A DNA stretch of 64,000 nt from Octopus bimaculoides (Eukaryota): NCBI RefSeq assembly GCF_001194135.2, contig NC_068988.1:95477006-95541005 (forward strand), read 5' to 3'. Of this stretch, positions 60,757 to 64,000 are shown one piece after another. The notes under the pieces are model-generated. The model saw only the letters and a list, made by a program, of their open reading frames with translations, searched no databases and was not told the origin of the DNA. Within the stretch, counting starts at the first letter, position 1. Every line of letters starts with the position of its first letter. The position numbers were made by a program, and so were the translations under genes.

Positions 60757-61254
60757 GATCTCTATCTTTTTCATGTATTTCTCTCATTCTCTTTCTCTTT
60801 TTCCTTCTCTTCTTTCCCTCCTTTTCTCACCTTTGTCTTCCTTTCTCTCACATTCCCTTTTATAAACCACTTCTGTTCCAACCAGCAATTACACACACAC
60901 ACACACTCACACACACATGCACATCAAGACACGTAAACGAACACACACAAACCCGTCCACACAAATTAACTCTTCCTTTCTCACACACATGCTAACTCTC
61001 TCACACACATACACCCAGTCACGCACAAATTCGCTCTTACACACATACATTCCATCACACACACACACACACTATCTCCACCTGTTTATCTAACTTCTGG
61101 GCTTTCGATTCTGGTTTTCTTTTAGTATTTTTACAGTGGAAAGATAGCAGGAGATGGTTGAAGATAATAATTTACAAAACACTTAAAACCACCAACTCAA
61201 CATCCAAAATGCAAAACACTCGCCAACTTACTTTTTCCTTTTACTTTCCAAATT

Positions 61255-61261
61255 ATTATTA

Positions 61262-61313
<52 letters not shown>

Positions 61314-61510
61314 CATTTTTATTATTATTATCATTATTATTATTATCATTATTATTATTATCATTTTTTATTATTATTATCATTATTATTATTATCATTA
61401 TTATTATTATCATTTTTATTATTATTATTATTATCATCATCATTATTATCATCATTATTATTACTATTATTGTTGTTATTATGAATATTATTATTATTGT
61501 TGTTGTTGTC
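61255..61510 (+). repeat. (TTA/TCA)n trinucleotide tract
   Basis: Visible directly. Confidence 0.95.
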
Positions 61511-62160
61511 GTTTTTGCAGTCGTTGCTGTTGTTTTTGTGGCTTGTTTGTTTGTTTGTTTGTTTGTTTCACTCTGGTGGCGTTTATCCATATGTATGGAT
61601 GTGTTATTATCAGGTCCTATGTCACGGTCTATCAACTAAGAGACAGCATCCAAACGATACATTGACAGACTCCGCTAAACCAATGGGAATTGAAATTTCG
61701 AAAATCTTCAGTTTTGGCCTACAGCTTCAATTCGATAATAACAACCTAGCTTTAACATTTTCTCTTCTTTTCTTGGTTTTTCCATTTTTTCTGATTTTTA
61801 TTTTTTTTTGTCTTTAAAAGTTCCTTCGAAAACTAAATTCTTTATATCTTTTTTTTTTCTTTTTTACTTTTCGGTTTCTGTTTGTTTGTTTTGTTTTTTA
61901 GTTTCTTTTTCTTTTTGGTTATTGGAAATTATTAATGCGGCAATATATGTAGAAAAAGAGTTTTTTTTTTAAAATAAATGTGCAAACGCAGACTGTAGCA
62001 AAGATAAAACTGTAACGAAGACTTAAGTTGGCAGGTCGTGAAGTGTTGGTAATGAATGCCGAAACAGCGAAAGAAATGGTGTAATTATCAAAATTCTGTT
62101 CCTTCTGTAGAGAAAAACTTAAAATATACAATATTTACGTTCATACACAAAAATAATTCC

Positions 62161-62198
<38 letters not shown>

Positions 62199-62576
62199 TA
62201 TGTGTTCCTGTGTGAATGTAGGTGTATACATACATATGCACAACGCATATATATATATATATATATATNNNNNNNNNNTATATATATATATATATATATA
62301 CATATACATACGCATATATACATATATACATATATGTATGTATGTGTATGTGTGTGTGCGTATTATATACAATATGTGCGTGTGTGTATATGGATATTTA
62401 CTAAAACAAGTTGTGTGTTTGTCTTGCTATAGGAGCGAAACCTGAAGATCGCAATGGCGGAACACTCGAGTCGCGAGACGACCCCCTGTTTTAGTTTCCA
62501 TATAAAAATCCATATTCTCTAAAACATGTATTGAATATACCCTTCATATGCCTTCGACATAAATCATGTGTGTGTG

Positions 62577-62790
62577 TGGAGGACCACAGGACCTGGTGAT
62601 TAAGATGTTGCACTCACGATCCTGAAATTGTGGTTTCGATTCCTAGCCCGGGCGTGGTGCGTTGTTTTGTTAAGCAAAACATTTCATCTCTTGTTGATCT
62701 GCGATTACATCGACACCTGACGTAAGATACACAGTGGTCCACCTGTTCAGGTAACATCAATTTGATGGACTGGAGTGAGCTAAGGTGAGA
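62577..62790 (+). mobile_element. SINE family C-related copy
   Basis: tRNA-like head GTTGCACTCACGATC..GGTTTCGATTCCTAG, then TTAAGCAAAACATTTCAT, as in 33178-33382. Confidence 0.65.
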
Positions 62791-62878
62791 ATTTACAAAA
62801 AAAAACAAAAGACGAAGACAGGTCTGTAAATAACAAACAAATGTATTAGTTTAACGCTCGGGAAAGTGGGAAAGTCTT

Positions 62879-63070
62879 TTATCTTTTACTTATTTCAGTC
62901 AATGGTCTGCGGTCATGCTGGGGCACCGCGTTGAAGGATTTAATCGGACAAATCGACACCAGTACTTACTTTTTAAGCTTAGTACTTCTTTTATCTGCCA
63001 AACCGCTAAGTTATGGAGGCGTAGACAAACCAGCACCGGTTGTCAAAGGAAGTGAAGACAAACACATAGA
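62879..63070 (-). mobile_element. SINE family A 3' module
   Basis: Plus strand TCTTTTACTTATTTCAGTCAATGGTCTGCGGTCATGCTGGGGCACCGC..AAACCGCTAAGTTATGG. Confidence 0.85.
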
Positions 63071-63129
63071 CAAAGATACACATACACGCATACACACACA
63101 TATATATATGAGTGTGTTTGTGTGTGTGC

Positions 63130-63180
<51 letters not shown>

Positions 63181-63655
63181 NNNNNNNNNNNNNNNNNNNN
63201 NNNNNNNNNNNNNNNNNNNNNNNNNNNNNNNNNNNNNNNNNNNNNNNNNNNNNNNNNNNNNNNNNNNNNNNNNNNNNNNNNNNNNNNNNNNNNNNNNNNN
63301 NNNNNNNNNNNNNNNNNNNNNNNNNNNNNNNNNNNNNNNNNNNNNNNNNNNNNNNNNNNNNNNNNNNNNNNNNNNNNNNNNNNNNNNNNNNNNNNNNNNN
63401 NNNNNNNNNNNNNNNNNNNNNNNNNNNNNNNNNNNNNNNNNNNNNNNNNNNNNNNNNNNNNNNNNNNNNNNNNNNNNNNNNNNNNNNNNNNNNNNNNNNN
63501 NNNNNNNNNNNNNNNNNNNNNNNNNNNNNNNNNNNNNNNNNNNNNNNNNNNNNNNNNNNNNNNNNNNNNNNNNNNNNNNNNNNNNNNNNNNNNNNNNNNN
63601 NNNNNNNNNNNNNNNNNNNNNNNNNNNNNNNNNNNNNNNNNNNNNNNNNNNNNNN

Positions 63656-63696
<41 letters not shown>

Positions 63697-64000
63697 GTAT
63701 GTATGCATATGTGTATGTATGTGGGTGTGTATAGATATATATAATGTATGTATGTATATGTGCGCGTATGTATGTATTTATATATCAGAAAACCAGAAGT
63801 AATGGTTTCGACATCATATAACGAAAATCAGAAAAGATCATTGAAAATGATATATAAAGAAAAGTAATGATATAAAACAAATGACAGTAAAGCAGAAATA
63901 AAATGAAAAATATAAAATAAAAGAATAAATTTAGCCGACCTTACCTATGCCAAGCCACCCCCGTCGCACCAAGATACACCCGACACAAAGTAAAATGTAA

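Noticed and set aside
62442-62470. CTGAAGA..CGC/GCG..GAAC hammerhead-like motif
   Set aside because: No GAAA box and no stem I or III support.

Overview
AT-rich eukaryotic genomic DNA, dense in microsatellites, with 15 N-gaps. From my recollection of octopus repeats, the two dominant tRNA-headed SINE families and the (TA)n/(TG)n/(CT)n load point to an octopus-type cephalopod draft assembly; this is inference, not a database match. I could not confidently identify any host protein-coding gene. Most ORF-track entries are microsatellite, SINE or N-gap artefacts, so the window looks intronic or intergenic. It holds a layered record of mobile elements: SINE family A (tRNA head + CORE-like block + internal microsatellite + 3' module), family B (tRNA-like head with a long hairpin) and minor families C and D; CR1-clade and R4/Dong-like LINE remnants; a Helitron PIF1 helicase fragment; a decayed hAT transposase; mariner, pogo/Tigger-like and hAT-like MITEs; and Penelope-like ends. 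Highlights: (1) a minimal, probably dimer-type hammerhead ribozyme inside an inverted Penelope-like terminus (59271-59413); (2) a head-to-head inverted pair of tRNA-like heads (4569-4761), which I hypothesise belongs to the same element, giving a Pol III-headed, ribozyme-tailed SINE; (3) a CR1 LINE 3' end that shares its terminal stem-loop with SINE A, with compensatory base changes; (4) a micro-inversion inside a SINE, a 180-bp fold-back palindrome and a 185-codon non-repeat ORF. All coordinates were counted by eye and may be off by a few bases.
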